Shown here in pieces: positions 39,163 to 49,510 of a DNA stretch of 64,000 nucleotides. How positions within the stretch are numbered: position 1 is the first letter of the stretch; every line of letters starts with the position of its first letter. The notes beneath the pieces are model-generated. The model was not told where the DNA came from. It did not search any database and saw nothing but the letters and a program-made list of their open reading frames with translations. The position numbers and the translations under genes were made by a program. Source of the stretch: a virus (Duplodnaviria > Caudoviricetes); IMG/VR virus record IMGVR_UViG_2905444465_000001, positions 1 through 64,000 of that record. One strand, given 5' to 3'.

Positions 39163-39522
39163 ATGGACACAAGAAACAATGATTTTGACTTCGATTTTAC
39201 ACCGATAGGACAGGCAATCAAGAAAGCAAGGACAGCAAAAGGTATGACCAGAGAGCAGCTTGCTCGTATTGTAGATTATGACCCAAGACATCTTCAAGCG
39301 ATTGAAAATGAGGGACAAAAGCCAAGTCTGGAGCTGCTCATTCAGCTTGTGACAATGTTCGGTGTATCGGTTGATGAATACATATTCCCAGATAATGAGG
39401 TCAAAAGAAGTTCCGTCCGCAGACGCTTAGACGCAGAACTCGACAAACTAAACGATAAAGAGCTGTCCATAGTTGAAGCAACTGTCAGCGGACTATGTAA
39501 GGCAAAAGAGCCAGAGGAATAA
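39163..39522 (+). CDS. XRE-family HTH regulator
   Basis: IGQAIKKARTAKGMTREQLA...AIENEGQKPS. Confidence 0.9.
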   Translation: MDTRNNDFDFDFTPIGQAIKKARTAKGMTREQLARIVDYDPRHLQAIENEGQKPSLELLIQLVTMFGVSVDEYIFPDNEVKRSSVRRRLDAELDKLNDKELSIVEATVSGLCKAKEPEE

Positions 39523-39530
39523 ACCTCTGG
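39511..39530. terminator. Terminator between convergent XRE and CHAP genes
   Basis: CCAGAGG-AATAAA-CCTCTGG followed by a T-run. Confidence 0.55.
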
Positions 39531-39548
39531 TTTTTCTTTTGCCCATTT

Positions 39549-41324
39549 TTAATAGGCAGGAACACCGTAACCATAGATGGAGCTGCTTCCAACCGTATAT
39601 TGCTTTTGTCTGCAAGCATCGCCAGAATTACCCTCCACGGTGTAAACGACACCGTTTTCGCATTTCTCCACAATGCCTACATGGTCGGTTTCTCCGTCGC
39701 CTTCCCAATCAAAGAAAATAATATCGCCTGCCTGCGGCTCGTAGTTTCTGTCTTGCCATTGTCCGTTACCCTTAAACCAATTTGAGCCGTCCACGCAGCC
39801 TGCGAATTTCGGGATAATCCCGCTTTCGATATAACCACACTGGTCGGCACACCACGATACGAAGCAGGCACACCATTCTACACGCCCATCAAAGCCATAC
39901 CAACTCCAATAAGGCTGACCGCCCTCATTTCCGAGCTGTGTCAAAGCGACCTCTACAATGGCTTGGTTGCTGCCGCTTGTGAACGCCCGTCCATACGGAT
40001 AATAGCGTAACACATGGGCGGGGTACTGTGTGTCGCCGTATTTTTCCCACCCTAACCGCTGTGCCTGCATGGTGGAAAACTCTACCGCATTGGCGTAGGA
40101 ATAACCGCCGTAGTTGGTTTTCGCCCATGAGATATACCCATTGCCGAAGTTATAGCCCTGCAAGGCGAGCTTGATACGCTCCATGTCAATCGGGTTTTCC
40201 ACCTCGGCAGAGATAAGGGCGGCTTTCAGCTCCTGCACGCCGCACTGGATGGAATACTCTGGGTCTTGTATCCCGTTCGGCTCATGGGGATACCTTGTGT
40301 TAAAGCTGCCCTCCGCCGCCTGCATGGGGTCAAGCCCACGCCCGCCAGACTCCTGCATCATCACCGCCTTGATAAGCTCCACATATTCGGGGATGCCGTA
40401 CTGCTTAGCGTATTTCTGTATCAACGGCGTGTAGGCTTCCACCTCCGCACTGACGGGGGTATAGGAAGTGCTTTCGCTTCCTCCCCCAAATAAGGACACG
40501 GCACATCCGAGTAGGACAACAATCAAGATAATCACGACGGCAATCCAGCCGCCTGCGATTAAAGCGGAAATCAGAGCCTTTGTTCCTGCAATAATCGCCT
40601 TGACCGCAACTATAGTGGCTCTGACCGTAGCTTTTGTTGCTTCAGCGGTTGCCTTTGCGGTGGCTTTTGCCGCCTGTGCTGCCTTTTGGGCAGTTTTCGC
40701 AGAAGCCTTTGCCGCTGCATGTGCCGTTTTTACCGAGGTTTCCGTCGTTTTGATTGCCGCCTTAGAAGTTGCCTGTGCGGTTTTAATTCCCTTTTCGGTA
40801 GTCTTGACTGTTCCCTTAGCAGTTGTTTTCACCGCTTTTTCTGCATTTCGGGCTGTGCTCTTAATCATTTTTTGCCCCTGCTGTCGGGTCTTTATCAACT
40901 GCGATTTTGCTGTCTGAGAAACATCGGGGGCAGAGGAACGGCTTGCAGCCCCGTGACGGATCTGCAAGCCGTGTTGTTCTGACATATTCTGTGCTGCTTT
41001 CTGTTCTGCGGCTTTGACAGCCCGACTTTGCTTGAAATCGGTTATTTTATCTTTTGCCTTACCGATATTCTCCTGCGTTGTCTTGACTGCCTTTTGCCCC
41101 TGCTTATTGAACTGGTGGACACCTTCGTCCTTTGCACGGTCTGCCGCAAAAGAAATCCTGTCCGCAGCATATTCTGTGGCAGAGTTTTCATCAGCGTAAT
41201 ATCCCTGTTCCGCTTTTTCCTTTATCCCCACATAGGCAGACTTCATACGCTCACTGGCTATGGCGGCTTTATCTATGGTCTTTATCGTACCTTTGACCGC
41301 ATCTCTGGTTTTTATATCAGCCAT
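39549..41324 (-). CDS. Conjugation cell-wall hydrolase (lysozyme-like + CHAP)
   Basis: AVMMQESGG...DPMQ lysozyme-like domain; EWCACFVSW...HVGIV CHAP domain; Ala/Lys/Thr-rich N-terminus. Confidence 0.9.
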   Translation of the reverse strand: MADIKTRDAVKGTIKTIDKAAIASERMKSAYVGIKEKAEQGYYADENSATEYAADRISFAADRAKDEGVHQFNKQGQKAVKTTQENIGKAKDKITDFKQSRAVKAAEQKAAQNMSEQHGLQIRHGAASRSSAPDVSQTAKSQLIKTRQQGQKMIKSTARNAEKAVKTTAKGTVKTTEKGIKTAQATSKAAIKTTETSVKTAHAAAKASAKTAQKAAQAAKATAKATAEATKATVRATIVAVKAIIAGTKALISALIAGGWIAVVIILIVVLLGCAVSLFGGGSESTSYTPVSAEVEAYTPLIQKYAKQYGIPEYVELIKAVMMQESGGRGLDPMQAAEGSFNTRYPHEPNGIQDPEYSIQCGVQELKAALISAEVENPIDMERIKLALQGYNFGNGYISWAKTNYGGYSYANAVEFSTMQAQRLGWEKYGDTQYPAHVLRYYPYGRAFTSGSNQAIVEVALTQLGNEGGQPYWSWYGFDGRVEWCACFVSWCADQCGYIESGIIPKFAGCVDGSNWFKGNGQWQDRNYEPQAGDIIFFDWEGDGETDHVGIVEKCENGVVYTVEGNSGDACRQKQYTVGSSSIYGYGVPAY

Positions 41325-41359
41325 AGAAAACCTCCTTTCCCAGAGAATTTGCGTTCAAA

Positions 41360-42133
41360 TCAGCCGACCTTTTTTGCCACTACAACGAGCCTGCCGTTCT
41401 GTGCGGAGTATTCGCAGGTGGAAAGGGTAATGAGCCTGTCGCCGTATCCAGCGGTCACACCTGTATCATACAAAGCAAGCTCCTTGCACTTCCCGATATA
41501 GGAATTAAAATCTTCCTCATTCTCCGCATCAACAAAGTCGTAGTATCGGAAGCCCTCAGAGCTGTACGCCACAGTCTTAAATACAGCGACGATTTCATAC
41601 TCTGCCTGCTCTGTGAGGGTATCAAACTGAATATTCTTGTGTTCCTCATAAAAGCTCTTGGACTTGTAATCCTCCAACGCTCCAAACATCTTGCCGCCCT
41701 TAATGTGATGACCGTAGATAACCAGATTGTCACTTTCAGCAATATCGCAATTCTCCTGCACATAAGGCGTTCCTAAATCGCTGTACTCTTTTTCAAAATT
41801 GTGCTTCAGATAAAAATTCGGATTGTTCCTGCTCTGCATCACAGGATAATTGATTGTCGTGCCGGCAATGGAAATCCAACCGACCATATCCTCATTCTGT
41901 AAATACAATTCCTGATACTTGGCAAGCACATCTTCCCCCTCGCTGACAGGGGCATCGTCTGGCACGGTTTCATCCGTGGGAGCCTGCTCTACCATCTCGG
42001 CAATCTCCTCAAAGGCTTCCGTCTGCTCGTCCACCTCTGCATAGTAATGATAAATGTGGAAGCCGCAAAAAGCCGCCGTACCTAACAGGCACACGGCGGC
42101 TACAACACAGATAATAGATTTATAATTCTTCAT
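41360..42133 (-). CDS. srtB: Class B sortase
   Basis: NLVIYGHH, LITLSTCEY...GR and an N-terminal anchor. Confidence 0.9.
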   Translation of the reverse strand: MKNYKSIICVVAAVCLLGTAAFCGFHIYHYYAEVDEQTEAFEEIAEMVEQAPTDETVPDDAPVSEGEDVLAKYQELYLQNEDMVGWISIAGTTINYPVMQSRNNPNFYLKHNFEKEYSDLGTPYVQENCDIAESDNLVIYGHHIKGGKMFGALEDYKSKSFYEEHKNIQFDTLTEQAEYEIVAVFKTVAYSSEGFRYYDFVDAENEEDFNSYIGKCKELALYDTGVTAGYGDRLITLSTCEYSAQNGRLVVVAKKVG

Positions 42134-42147
42134 AGGCTTTTCCTTTC

Positions 42148-42552
42148 TTATCTTGAAATTTCCGTCTGTTTTCTGGGAGCAGGAAGCTCCCTGCAATATT
42201 CGGGGTATCTGACCTTGATACCCTCCATAAAGTAGGGAGCAAACTCACAGCAAAACAACTCCTCTGGCGTGAAATACCGTTCCCGCCCTTCCTCTGCATA
42301 CCCGTTCCAAAGGTTAAAAGCAAGATGGCAGACCTTGACTGTTCCGCTTGTCTGCCAGCCGCCGTGCATACCCTCTGGCTCGATGCAGTCCTCCTTGAAA
42401 TTGAACATCTGGTTGATGTTCGCCCTCGTTTCCGAAGCGATACCCATCACATAGAAAAATGCCCTGTGATAACAGTCGTTCACTCTGCATTTCATCATAT
42501 TTTCCAGAAAGAAATCACGGTGAGCCGTATCACGGAATTTAATATCAGCCAT
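42148..42552 (-). CDS. Conserved ICE hypothetical protein (DUF6075-like)
   Basis: WQTSG..KV..LAFNLWNG...FCCEFAPYF pattern, typical of these ICEs. Confidence 0.65.
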   Translation of the reverse strand: MADIKFRDTAHRDFFLENMMKCRVNDCYHRAFFYVMGIASETRANINQMFNFKEDCIEPEGMHGGWQTSGTVKVCHLAFNLWNGYAEEGRERYFTPEELFCCEFAPYFMEGIKVRYPEYCRELPAPRKQTEISR

Positions 42553-42567
42553 AAAAGACCTCCTTTC

Positions 42568-44901
42568 TTAGACCTCACCGAACTTGGTCGTCATCAACTT
42601 GTAAAGCTCGGTATTGCGTGGGAACTTGTTTACAAACGGCACAAGGGAGCTGCCAACTTTGAGTAATCCCTGTCCTGCACCGACATTCGTGATATAACTC
42701 ATCTGAAGGTCGGAGATATTAAGGAGCTTGGCAAGCTCAAGTCTGTCCGTAGATGCTTGGTTAAGCATAATGATAAATTCGCTGTTAGCAAGCATCGTCC
42801 TTGCCGTATGGCTCTGCAAAAGGTCGTCTACATTCTGCGTAATACCCGTACAGTACGCACCGTATTTACGCACACGCTTCCAGAGGGTAAAGAGGAAGTT
42901 TGCAGAGTATTCGTGCTGAAAGAGCAAATAGATTTCATCAATGAAAATAAAGGTATTTCTGCCTTTGGCTCTGTTCTGCGTGATACGGTTTAAGATACTG
43001 TCAAGCACCACAAGCATACCGATAGGCTGTAACTGCTTACCCAAATCCAGAATGTCATAGCAGATAAGGCGGCTGTGGGTATCCACATTGGTATGCTTGG
43101 CAAAGGTGTTGAGAGAGCCATCTGTAAATAATTCGATAGCAAGGGCGATTTCCTGTGCTTCTGGTTCGTTCTGTTTAAGAAGTTCCTCACGGAAGTCCTG
43201 CAAGGTTGGCGGCGTTCCCATATAGTTGCCCTGCTGATAGTAGCGGTACACGCTTGCCGTACATCGGTCAATAATGGATTTCTGCTTTGCTCCCAAGTTC
43301 GTGCCGCCGATGAGCTGTTCGCAAAGGGATAAAATAAACTCCGATTTCAGAATGACAGGGTTTGCACCGTCACCGTAATCGGAGTTCATATCCATAGCAT
43401 TGATGTGATTTTCACTTGTCGCAGAGATATGAATAACCTCTCCCTGCATTGCTTTAACAAGCGGGGAATATTCACGCTCTGGGTCAATGATGATTATATC
43501 GGCATTAGGGTCGGTCAGAATGATATTCGTCATTTCTTCCTTTGCAGTAAAGGATTTTCCTGCACCCGACACACCGAGAATAAAGGAATTGCCGTTAAGG
43601 AGCTGCCTGCGGTTGGCGATAATCATATTTTTGCTGATGACATTCTGACCGTAATACACACCATTTTCGTGGTAGATTTCCTGCACTCGGAACGGGATAA
43701 ACACTGCAAGGCTCTCTGTTGTGAGGGTACGCAGGGCATCTATCTTCCGTACACCAAATGGCAGAGCTGTATTCAATCCGTCCATCTGCTGATATTTCAG
43801 CACCGCAAACTGGCACAAATGCTTTCTTGCGGTAGTCAAGAGAGCTTCTGTATCATTGTCGAGCTGCTCTTTGGTATCTGCCGTATGCACCATCGTCAGC
43901 ACGGCAAACATCATTCTCTGGTCACGGGTCGTCAAATCGTCCAGAAATTCCTTGCTTTCCTTTCGCTGCTGTTCCAAGTCATAAGGAATAACGGCAGAAA
44001 AATTGTTGTTCTGGTTCTGCTTCCTCTGCCAATTCGTGATATTGGTTTCCACACCAAGCAGACGGTTTTCCACCTCCCGCACGGCTTCATCTGTGGGAAC
44101 AGGGATAATGTCAACGGACAGCATCATATTCCTGTTCAGCTCACAAAGCTCCGCCACCATACTGTCCTTGATATATGCCGCATACTCTCTGAGAAAAATC
44201 ACACGCCCATATCTGTCACCCATTCTGAAGCAGTCGCTCTCAAATTCAAAGGTATCGGGACAGATAAAATCCTTGAAATCGTGACCTTTCCGCATCGTCT
44301 GGGTAATATCGAAGTGGAACGCTGTTTCTTCTCCTGTACGGTAGAAGTCGTGGAAGATACGCAGCTTGTCGCCTGCGTCCAGTTCCACACATTTCGACCC
44401 CAGACGGTTAAAGTGGGCGATAAGGTCAGCACCCACACGGGCGAAGTAGTTTCGGGCTTCCTCAATATTCTTCTTGCAGACGGATACGGTTACATACTTA
44501 TCCTGTACGATGGAATTAGCCCCTGTCGCCTTATCCAGAAGCATTTTGTTATATTCCTTACGGTACTTATCCAGACCGTCATCAGCCATTGGGATTAAAA
44601 TAGTCTGTTCAAAATCAGCTTTGTTCAAGCGACGGTTGTTGATAGTGATTTTCGTGGTCGCACCGCTGTCAAGGGAATTAAGAAGCTCCGAGTATTCAAG
44701 GAACATTGCTTCCTTATCCTCACGGCTTGCCACGGCATAGTTTATATCCTCAAATTTAAAGGTCTTTGCGTACTTGTTCCTGCCGACAAGGAATATGCCG
44801 TCATCCCAGATTGTCTTAATCGGGATAACATTCTGTACCGACTTCGGCACAACAAACTTTTCCCTGTCCTGCTTGAACAGATTTTTAAGAGTTCTCAGCA
44901 T
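42568..44901 (-). CDS. virB4: VirB4/TraE conjugation ATPase
   Basis: GVSGAGKS, IIIIDPEREY, IFIDEIYL, RKYG...TGITQN. Confidence 0.95.
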   Translation of the reverse strand: MLRTLKNLFKQDREKFVVPKSVQNVIPIKTIWDDGIFLVGRNKYAKTFKFEDINYAVASREDKEAMFLEYSELLNSLDSGATTKITINNRRLNKADFEQTILIPMADDGLDKYRKEYNKMLLDKATGANSIVQDKYVTVSVCKKNIEEARNYFARVGADLIAHFNRLGSKCVELDAGDKLRIFHDFYRTGEETAFHFDITQTMRKGHDFKDFICPDTFEFESDCFRMGDRYGRVIFLREYAAYIKDSMVAELCELNRNMMLSVDIIPVPTDEAVREVENRLLGVETNITNWQRKQNQNNNFSAVIPYDLEQQRKESKEFLDDLTTRDQRMMFAVLTMVHTADTKEQLDNDTEALLTTARKHLCQFAVLKYQQMDGLNTALPFGVRKIDALRTLTTESLAVFIPFRVQEIYHENGVYYGQNVISKNMIIANRRQLLNGNSFILGVSGAGKSFTAKEEMTNIILTDPNADIIIIDPEREYSPLVKAMQGEVIHISATSENHINAMDMNSDYGDGANPVILKSEFILSLCEQLIGGTNLGAKQKSIIDRCTASVYRYYQQGNYMGTPPTLQDFREELLKQNEPEAQEIALAIELFTDGSLNTFAKHTNVDTHSRLICYDILDLGKQLQPIGMLVVLDSILNRITQNRAKGRNTFIFIDEIYLLFQHEYSANFLFTLWKRVRKYGAYCTGITQNVDDLLQSHTARTMLANSEFIIMLNQASTDRLELAKLLNISDLQMSYITNVGAGQGLLKVGSSLVPFVNKFPRNTELYKLMTTKFGEV

Positions 44902-45337
44902 TGTTTACCTCCTTGCTGCGTTTCGCTTTTTTCTTTTTCGTTTTCTTTGGTTTCGGTGTCCTGCCTTTCTGCTTTTTCCGTACTGTCGGCAACCCTTTTT
45001 CATGGGCTTCAATGGTCGGCTTCATCGTTTCGTAATAGAGATTATCTGGCAGGAACATCAGCTTTTTCGGCATCAGAAATTCCGATTTAATCCACGCCCA
45101 GACAAACTGCTCTGCGGTCATACCGTTGTATTTGATAAAGCCCATAGCCGCAAAGGGGAATGCACCTAAGATACAAACCCAACTGAGGGTTTCCGTACCA
45201 AACCGTGGACGAAGAAGGAAATACAAACCCACCGCCACGCCGCAGGCAAGGACAGAAAAAATGAACTGTCTGAGGGACAGTCCAAAAAACATACTCTCCG
45301 TATAATTACGGATTTCCTTATTTATCTTTACTTCCAA
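44885..45337 (-). CDS. prgI: PrgI-family protein
   Basis: KEIRNYTESMFFGLSLRQ and two TM helices; lies directly before virB4. Confidence 0.88.
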   Translation of the reverse strand: MEVKINKEIRNYTESMFFGLSLRQFIFSVLACGVAVGLYFLLRPRFGTETLSWVCILGAFPFAAMGFIKYNGMTAEQFVWAWIKSEFLMPKKLMFLPDNLYYETMKPTIEAHEKGLPTVRKKQKGRTPKPKKTKKKKAKRSKEVNNAENS

Positions 45338-45351
45338 TCATAGCACCTCCC

Positions 45352-46188
45352 TTACAAGCCCATCATTTCTCTTACAACACGGTCTGCCATTTTGACCGCA
45401 CCGACAAGGACGAGCATATTGAACACAAGCTCCCCGATATAGCTCCATACCATTGTAACCGCCGCAGCATCAGGATTGACCACAGGCGGAGAAGAAGCAA
45501 ACAGGGAAAAGATAATGCAGGCAAGCACGATAACCGCACCTTCAAGACACACGGCGGCATAGCTCTTAATGAAGCTCTTGCCAACGCTCTGGCTCGGCTC
45601 TCCCGCAAAAGCGGAAAGGGGTACGGGTGCAATGGCAGTATAGATATACAGCTTGAAAAACCTGCCGTATACCGACATAATCATAATGAATGACAGCACC
45701 GTGATAAACAGCCCGCCTATCAGCGTGACCGCCCATAGCGGGATACTCTCAAAAAATCCGCAGTCTTCAACGGCTGTCACGATTTCCTGCGGCAACACCG
45801 TCTGCTGTGCCGAGCCAAATCCTGCAGCATTCATAATCGTGGAAATCATACCTTGCACAATCTTAAACAGTGCCATCATCAGTTCTAATCCATAGGTCAC
45901 TGCACCTTTGGCAATGGCAAAGCGGATAAACAGTTTCAACGCCTGCTCTGGTCGCTTGACTTCTGCAAAATTTCCACAGGTTCTCATTACACCCACAACA
46001 AAGAACAGCACGAGCAGGGCAAGTCCGATAGCCTGCACTGCACCGTGAATATCCACGATGACATTCCATATCGTGCCGCCCTTAAAATTCTCTGGGGATT
46101 GAGTAATGAGCTGCCATATCTCGGCTAATTTCTCATTCCAAGTGTTTAGGGCGTTCTCTAAATTCTGTACCACCCAGTTATCAGACAT
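45352..46188 (-). CDS. VirB6/TrbL-like conjugation membrane protein
   Basis: Multi-TM; YGRFFKLYIYTAIAPVPLS...FIKSYAAVCLEG. Confidence 0.85.
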   Translation of the reverse strand: MSDNWVVQNLENALNTWNEKLAEIWQLITQSPENFKGGTIWNVIVDIHGAVQAIGLALLVLFFVVGVMRTCGNFAEVKRPEQALKLFIRFAIAKGAVTYGLELMMALFKIVQGMISTIMNAAGFGSAQQTVLPQEIVTAVEDCGFFESIPLWAVTLIGGLFITVLSFIMIMSVYGRFFKLYIYTAIAPVPLSAFAGEPSQSVGKSFIKSYAAVCLEGAVIVLACIIFSLFASSPPVVNPDAAAVTMVWSYIGELVFNMLVLVGAVKMADRVVREMMGL

Positions 46189-46211
46189 TTGACCACCTCC
46201 TTGATGATATT

Positions 46212-46259
46212 AGATAACGGGAGCGAGTTCCGCACTCGGCGGATCTGCTCCCGTTATCT
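46212..46259. terminator. Long hairpin inside the conjugation operon
   Basis: 13-bp perfect arms AGATAACGGGAGC / GCTCCCGTTATCT; an A-run on + makes it a possible terminator, or it may be a processing or stability element. Confidence 0.5.
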
Positions 46260-46279
46260 TTTTGTGTCAGTCTGTTATC

Positions 46280-46636
46280 TTAGCCTGTGATAAGAGTCAA
46301 GATTTCCTTTGCGAAGGTAATGACAACGCCGCCTGCAAGGGTCAAAAAGCCGTTAGCCCTCTGGGACGGGTCGTGGGATTTGAGGGAAAGACCAATCTGC
46401 ACGATACCAAAGCCGAGCATAATCATACCAACAGCCCTCACCAGACCGAAAATGAAATCGGACAGATTGTTGACTACCTGAATGGGGTCATTGGCAGCAA
46501 AGGCGGTTACGGAAGTACCAAGCACAAATGTCATTGCCATAACAGCCATACAGTAATAGCGGAAGCCTTTCTTAACCTTTCCAGTCATCGGCAGCTTCGT
46601 GGTTTTCTTGTTCTCATTCTTCTTAAAAAGTTTCAT
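46280..46636 (-). CDS. VirB2/TrbC-like pilin-type membrane protein
   Basis: Signal-like N-terminus (VTAFAA), two TM helices; lies between VirD4 and VirB6. Confidence 0.65.
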   Translation of the reverse strand: MKLFKKNENKKTTKLPMTGKVKKGFRYYCMAVMAMTFVLGTSVTAFAANDPIQVVNNLSDFIFGLVRAVGMIMLGFGIVQIGLSLKSHDPSQRANGFLTLAGGVVITFAKEILTLITG

Positions 46637-46650
46637 AGGGTAAATCCTCC

Positions 46651-48441
46651 TTATAAATTGAATATTTCTTCCAAGTCCTCATCGGACAGAAGCTCATAGG
46701 AAGTGCTGACAGCTGTCACGCTCACGGCGTTATCTGGAATATCACTGTCAAACACAAGAGTTGCGACAGCCTGCGTAGGCTCTCCGTGGATATACGGCGG
46801 TTGCCCTCCGTCAGCCGTCAGCTTCACATTCGGGTGCTTCAAGATGTCATACTTGAAGTCCATAACGGGGCGTTCTCCACGCACAAAAAGAAGTGCGTAT
46901 CGGTTATCAAGCATACGCACTTCGTCTGGGGTCATCAGCTCACGCCCCGAAATCTGATAATTTGTTGAATAGTTACCACTCCGCCCAGAGCTTTTCCCGT
47001 AGGTGTTGGTATCAATGGTTTCCTTGCCCAAAAGTTCTGACACATATTTGTGGGTGCTTTGCTCGTTGCCGCCCAAATACAGAAACTCATCGCAGTTGCC
47101 GACAATGCTTTCCCATTGCTTTTCAAAAAGGGCTTTGAGCTGTGCCAGATTTTGCAGGATAATGGATACCGATACCCCTCTGGAACGCATAACAGACAGG
47201 ATTTTATCAAAGTCATCAGGCAATGAAACATTCGCAAATTCGTCCATTATAAAATGGCAATGCACAGGCAGGCTTCCGCCGTACTTGTGGTCTGCAAGAT
47301 AAAAAAGCTGCTGAAAGAGCTGGGTATAAAGGATACTGACAAGGAAATTAAAGCTCGTGTCGTTGTCTGGTATCAGAGCGAACAGAGCGACCTTCTTTTC
47401 TCCCAGACTTGGCAGGTCAAGCTCATCGGTGGCGGTAAGCCCTGCAAGGCTCTCCAGATTGAATTTTTCAAGCCTTGCGGCAAGGGTTATCTGGATACTC
47501 TTTAAGGTCTTTGCACTACCAGAGTGGTAATCCCTGTAATACTTGAGGGCGATATGCTCTGGGTTTACCATTTCCAGACGGTCAAACAGCTCGTCCAGAG
47601 GGCTTACATAGCTGTCATCGTCCTCTCGGACTTCGCCTGCACGGAGCAGCTCCATAACCATCGGGAAATTCTGCTCGTCTGACGGTGCTTCATATTTCAG
47701 ATAGAACACCAGAGCCAGAAGCAGCATACTTGCCGCCGTATCCCAGAACGGGTCTTGCGACTGTGAGCCTTTCGGCGTGGTCGCTTTAAACAAATTTGTT
47801 ACCAACCTCTGAACATCGTTATCGTTCCGCAGATAGACAAAAGGATTGTAACAATGACTGCGGTGCATATTGATAAGGTCAAGTACACGCACCTCATAGC
47901 CTTTATTTTCCAACAGACCGCCGATGTCACGGACGATTTCGCCCTTTGGATCGAGTATTACAAAAGATGTGTTGCACTGCATAGCATTTGGCTTGCAGAA
48001 AAACCTTGTTTTACCCGCACCAGAGCCACCACATACTAAAATGTTCAGATTCCTGCGGTGCTTTTTCCCGTCCAACCCGATACGGACATTCTGGGTCAAG
48101 AGCTTATTAGCTGACGGGTCTTTATCTCGGTACTTCTTATTCAAAGCACCTGCGTTGCCCCATTTCGCAGAGCCGTGTTCCTCACGCCTGCGGTAATTCC
48201 TGCGTGTAGAGAAATAAACGCCGATGCCCATAGCGTAGGCAAGCAAAAAAATAAGGACAGTCTTTACGCTGTCCTCACACATCGTTATTTCAAGCGGATT
48301 GCCCATCGCCACGGGTATACCTCGGATAATCTCTACAAGACCGCCGCTGACATAGGGTGCTGTCAGCAGGGCAAGCCATACAACAGGAAGTATGCCGCAA
48401 ACAGTAAGGATTAGGCTCGTTTTCTGGTCATCGTTCCTCAT
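46651..48441 (-). CDS. virD4: VirD4/TraG type IV coupling protein
   Basis: GGSGAGKT, LDPKGE, MDEFANV, LQNLAQLK. Confidence 0.95.
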   Translation of the reverse strand: MRNDDQKTSLILTVCGILPVVWLALLTAPYVSGGLVEIIRGIPVAMGNPLEITMCEDSVKTVLIFLLAYAMGIGVYFSTRRNYRRREEHGSAKWGNAGALNKKYRDKDPSANKLLTQNVRIGLDGKKHRRNLNILVCGGSGAGKTRFFCKPNAMQCNTSFVILDPKGEIVRDIGGLLENKGYEVRVLDLINMHRSHCYNPFVYLRNDNDVQRLVTNLFKATTPKGSQSQDPFWDTAASMLLLALVFYLKYEAPSDEQNFPMVMELLRAGEVREDDDSYVSPLDELFDRLEMVNPEHIALKYYRDYHSGSAKTLKSIQITLAARLEKFNLESLAGLTATDELDLPSLGEKKVALFALIPDNDTSFNFLVSILYTQLFQQLFYLADHKYGGSLPVHCHFIMDEFANVSLPDDFDKILSVMRSRGVSVSIILQNLAQLKALFEKQWESIVGNCDEFLYLGGNEQSTHKYVSELLGKETIDTNTYGKSSGRSGNYSTNYQISGRELMTPDEVRMLDNRYALLFVRGERPVMDFKYDILKHPNVKLTADGGQPPYIHGEPTQAVATLVFDSDIPDNAVSVTAVSTSYELLSDEDLEEIFNL

Positions 48442-48634
48442 TACACCTGCAATGCACGACCTTAACCTTTTTTGTCGGAGCGTGTGCCACCTTACTTATC
48501 AGCTCGTCAACAGGCTCGGTGGGGCGTTCCTCCTGTAACTGCCTTGTACGCAGGGTGTTTAAGGCGTTGATGACGATATTCTTATCGTACTTATCAAGTG
48601 CGATATGGTATCGTTCCTCTCTCATAGTCTGCAC
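48428..48634 (-). CDS. Small conserved ICE hypothetical protein
   Basis: In-operon ORF with GGAGGTG RBS, overlapping virD4. Confidence 0.6.
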   Translation of the reverse strand: MQTMREERYHIALDKYDKNIVINALNTLRTRQLQEERPTEPVDELISKVAHAPTKKVKVVHCRCNEER

Positions 48635-48640
48635 CTCCGA

Positions 48641-49504
48641 TTAGCGTTCCTGCTCTTTGTTCTTTGCAGGCTTGTTCTTCTCCATACTCTTATACATATC
48701 GCTCTGGATTTCGCCCAGAACATCACGCATCGTGCCAAGCTCTCCTTTGAACGCCTGCGTATCCATTTCCGCATACTCTCTGGGAAGTCTGGAAAAGTCA
48801 AAACCTCTGGTATCCACGCCGTAACGAGAGCTTACCATATAGGCAACGCAGAAGGAGTTGAAATCGGAAACATCACGGCTCTCGTTGTACTTAAAGTCAT
48901 AGACCGCCGCCGACACTTCTTTTGCCATACTCACGAACAGCACTTCCTCGGAAAGCCCCTTCTTGACAAAAATGGTCTGCTGAGAGCTGTCATAATAGGC
49001 AGGCAGTTCAAGCTCATCGACAGGAACACAGGGTACAGGGCTTGCATCAATCAGAGCCGACACAAGCTCACGCATGGATTTCGGCTCCTGTTCCTGCTGC
49101 CTGTCCTTTGCCGAGGTTTCAGAAATGTCATAAACCACTTTGGCATTGTAGGAGATACCCTTTGTCCCGTCCTCACGGGTGTATTCCTTGCTCGGCTCAA
49201 GAATAATGATTTTTTGTGCATCCTTGTTCACATAGACACGGCTCGCTTTCCATTTGCTGTACTCTTTAAGCTGCGTTGCTTCGGGCATCTGTGCTGACAC
49301 CAGAATAGCGTTAGCCACGGAGTAACGGTCAAAGCGACCCTGCACATCAAGATACTGACGGAAGCTGTCGCCGCTTGCCATCATTTCAAAGCAGGTATTG
49401 TCAATCAGCTCATAGGCTTCTTTCCGCTGTGCCTGCTTTGCGGCAGCCCATTCCTCTTTATCAAAAGGTCTGTTGCCGCCGCTGAATAGATCATAAATAC
49501 TCAT
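48641..49504 (-). CDS. ArdC-like N-terminal ssDNA-binding domain protein
   Basis: YLDVQGRFDRYSVANAILVSAQMPEATQL...W...VYDISET pattern. Confidence 0.7.
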   Translation of the reverse strand: MSIYDLFSGGNRPFDKEEWAAAKQAQRKEAYELIDNTCFEMMASGDSFRQYLDVQGRFDRYSVANAILVSAQMPEATQLKEYSKWKASRVYVNKDAQKIIILEPSKEYTREDGTKGISYNAKVVYDISETSAKDRQQEQEPKSMRELVSALIDASPVPCVPVDELELPAYYDSSQQTIFVKKGLSEEVLFVSMAKEVSAAVYDFKYNESRDVSDFNSFCVAYMVSSRYGVDTRGFDFSRLPREYAEMDTQAFKGELGTMRDVLGEIQSDMYKSMEKNKPAKNKEQER

Positions 49505-49510
49505 AGCTGT

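Noticed and set aside
40620-40860. Ala/Lys/Thr low-complexity repeats in the CHAP gene
   Set aside because: This is an ordinary feature of these conjugative hydrolases, not a separate repeat element.
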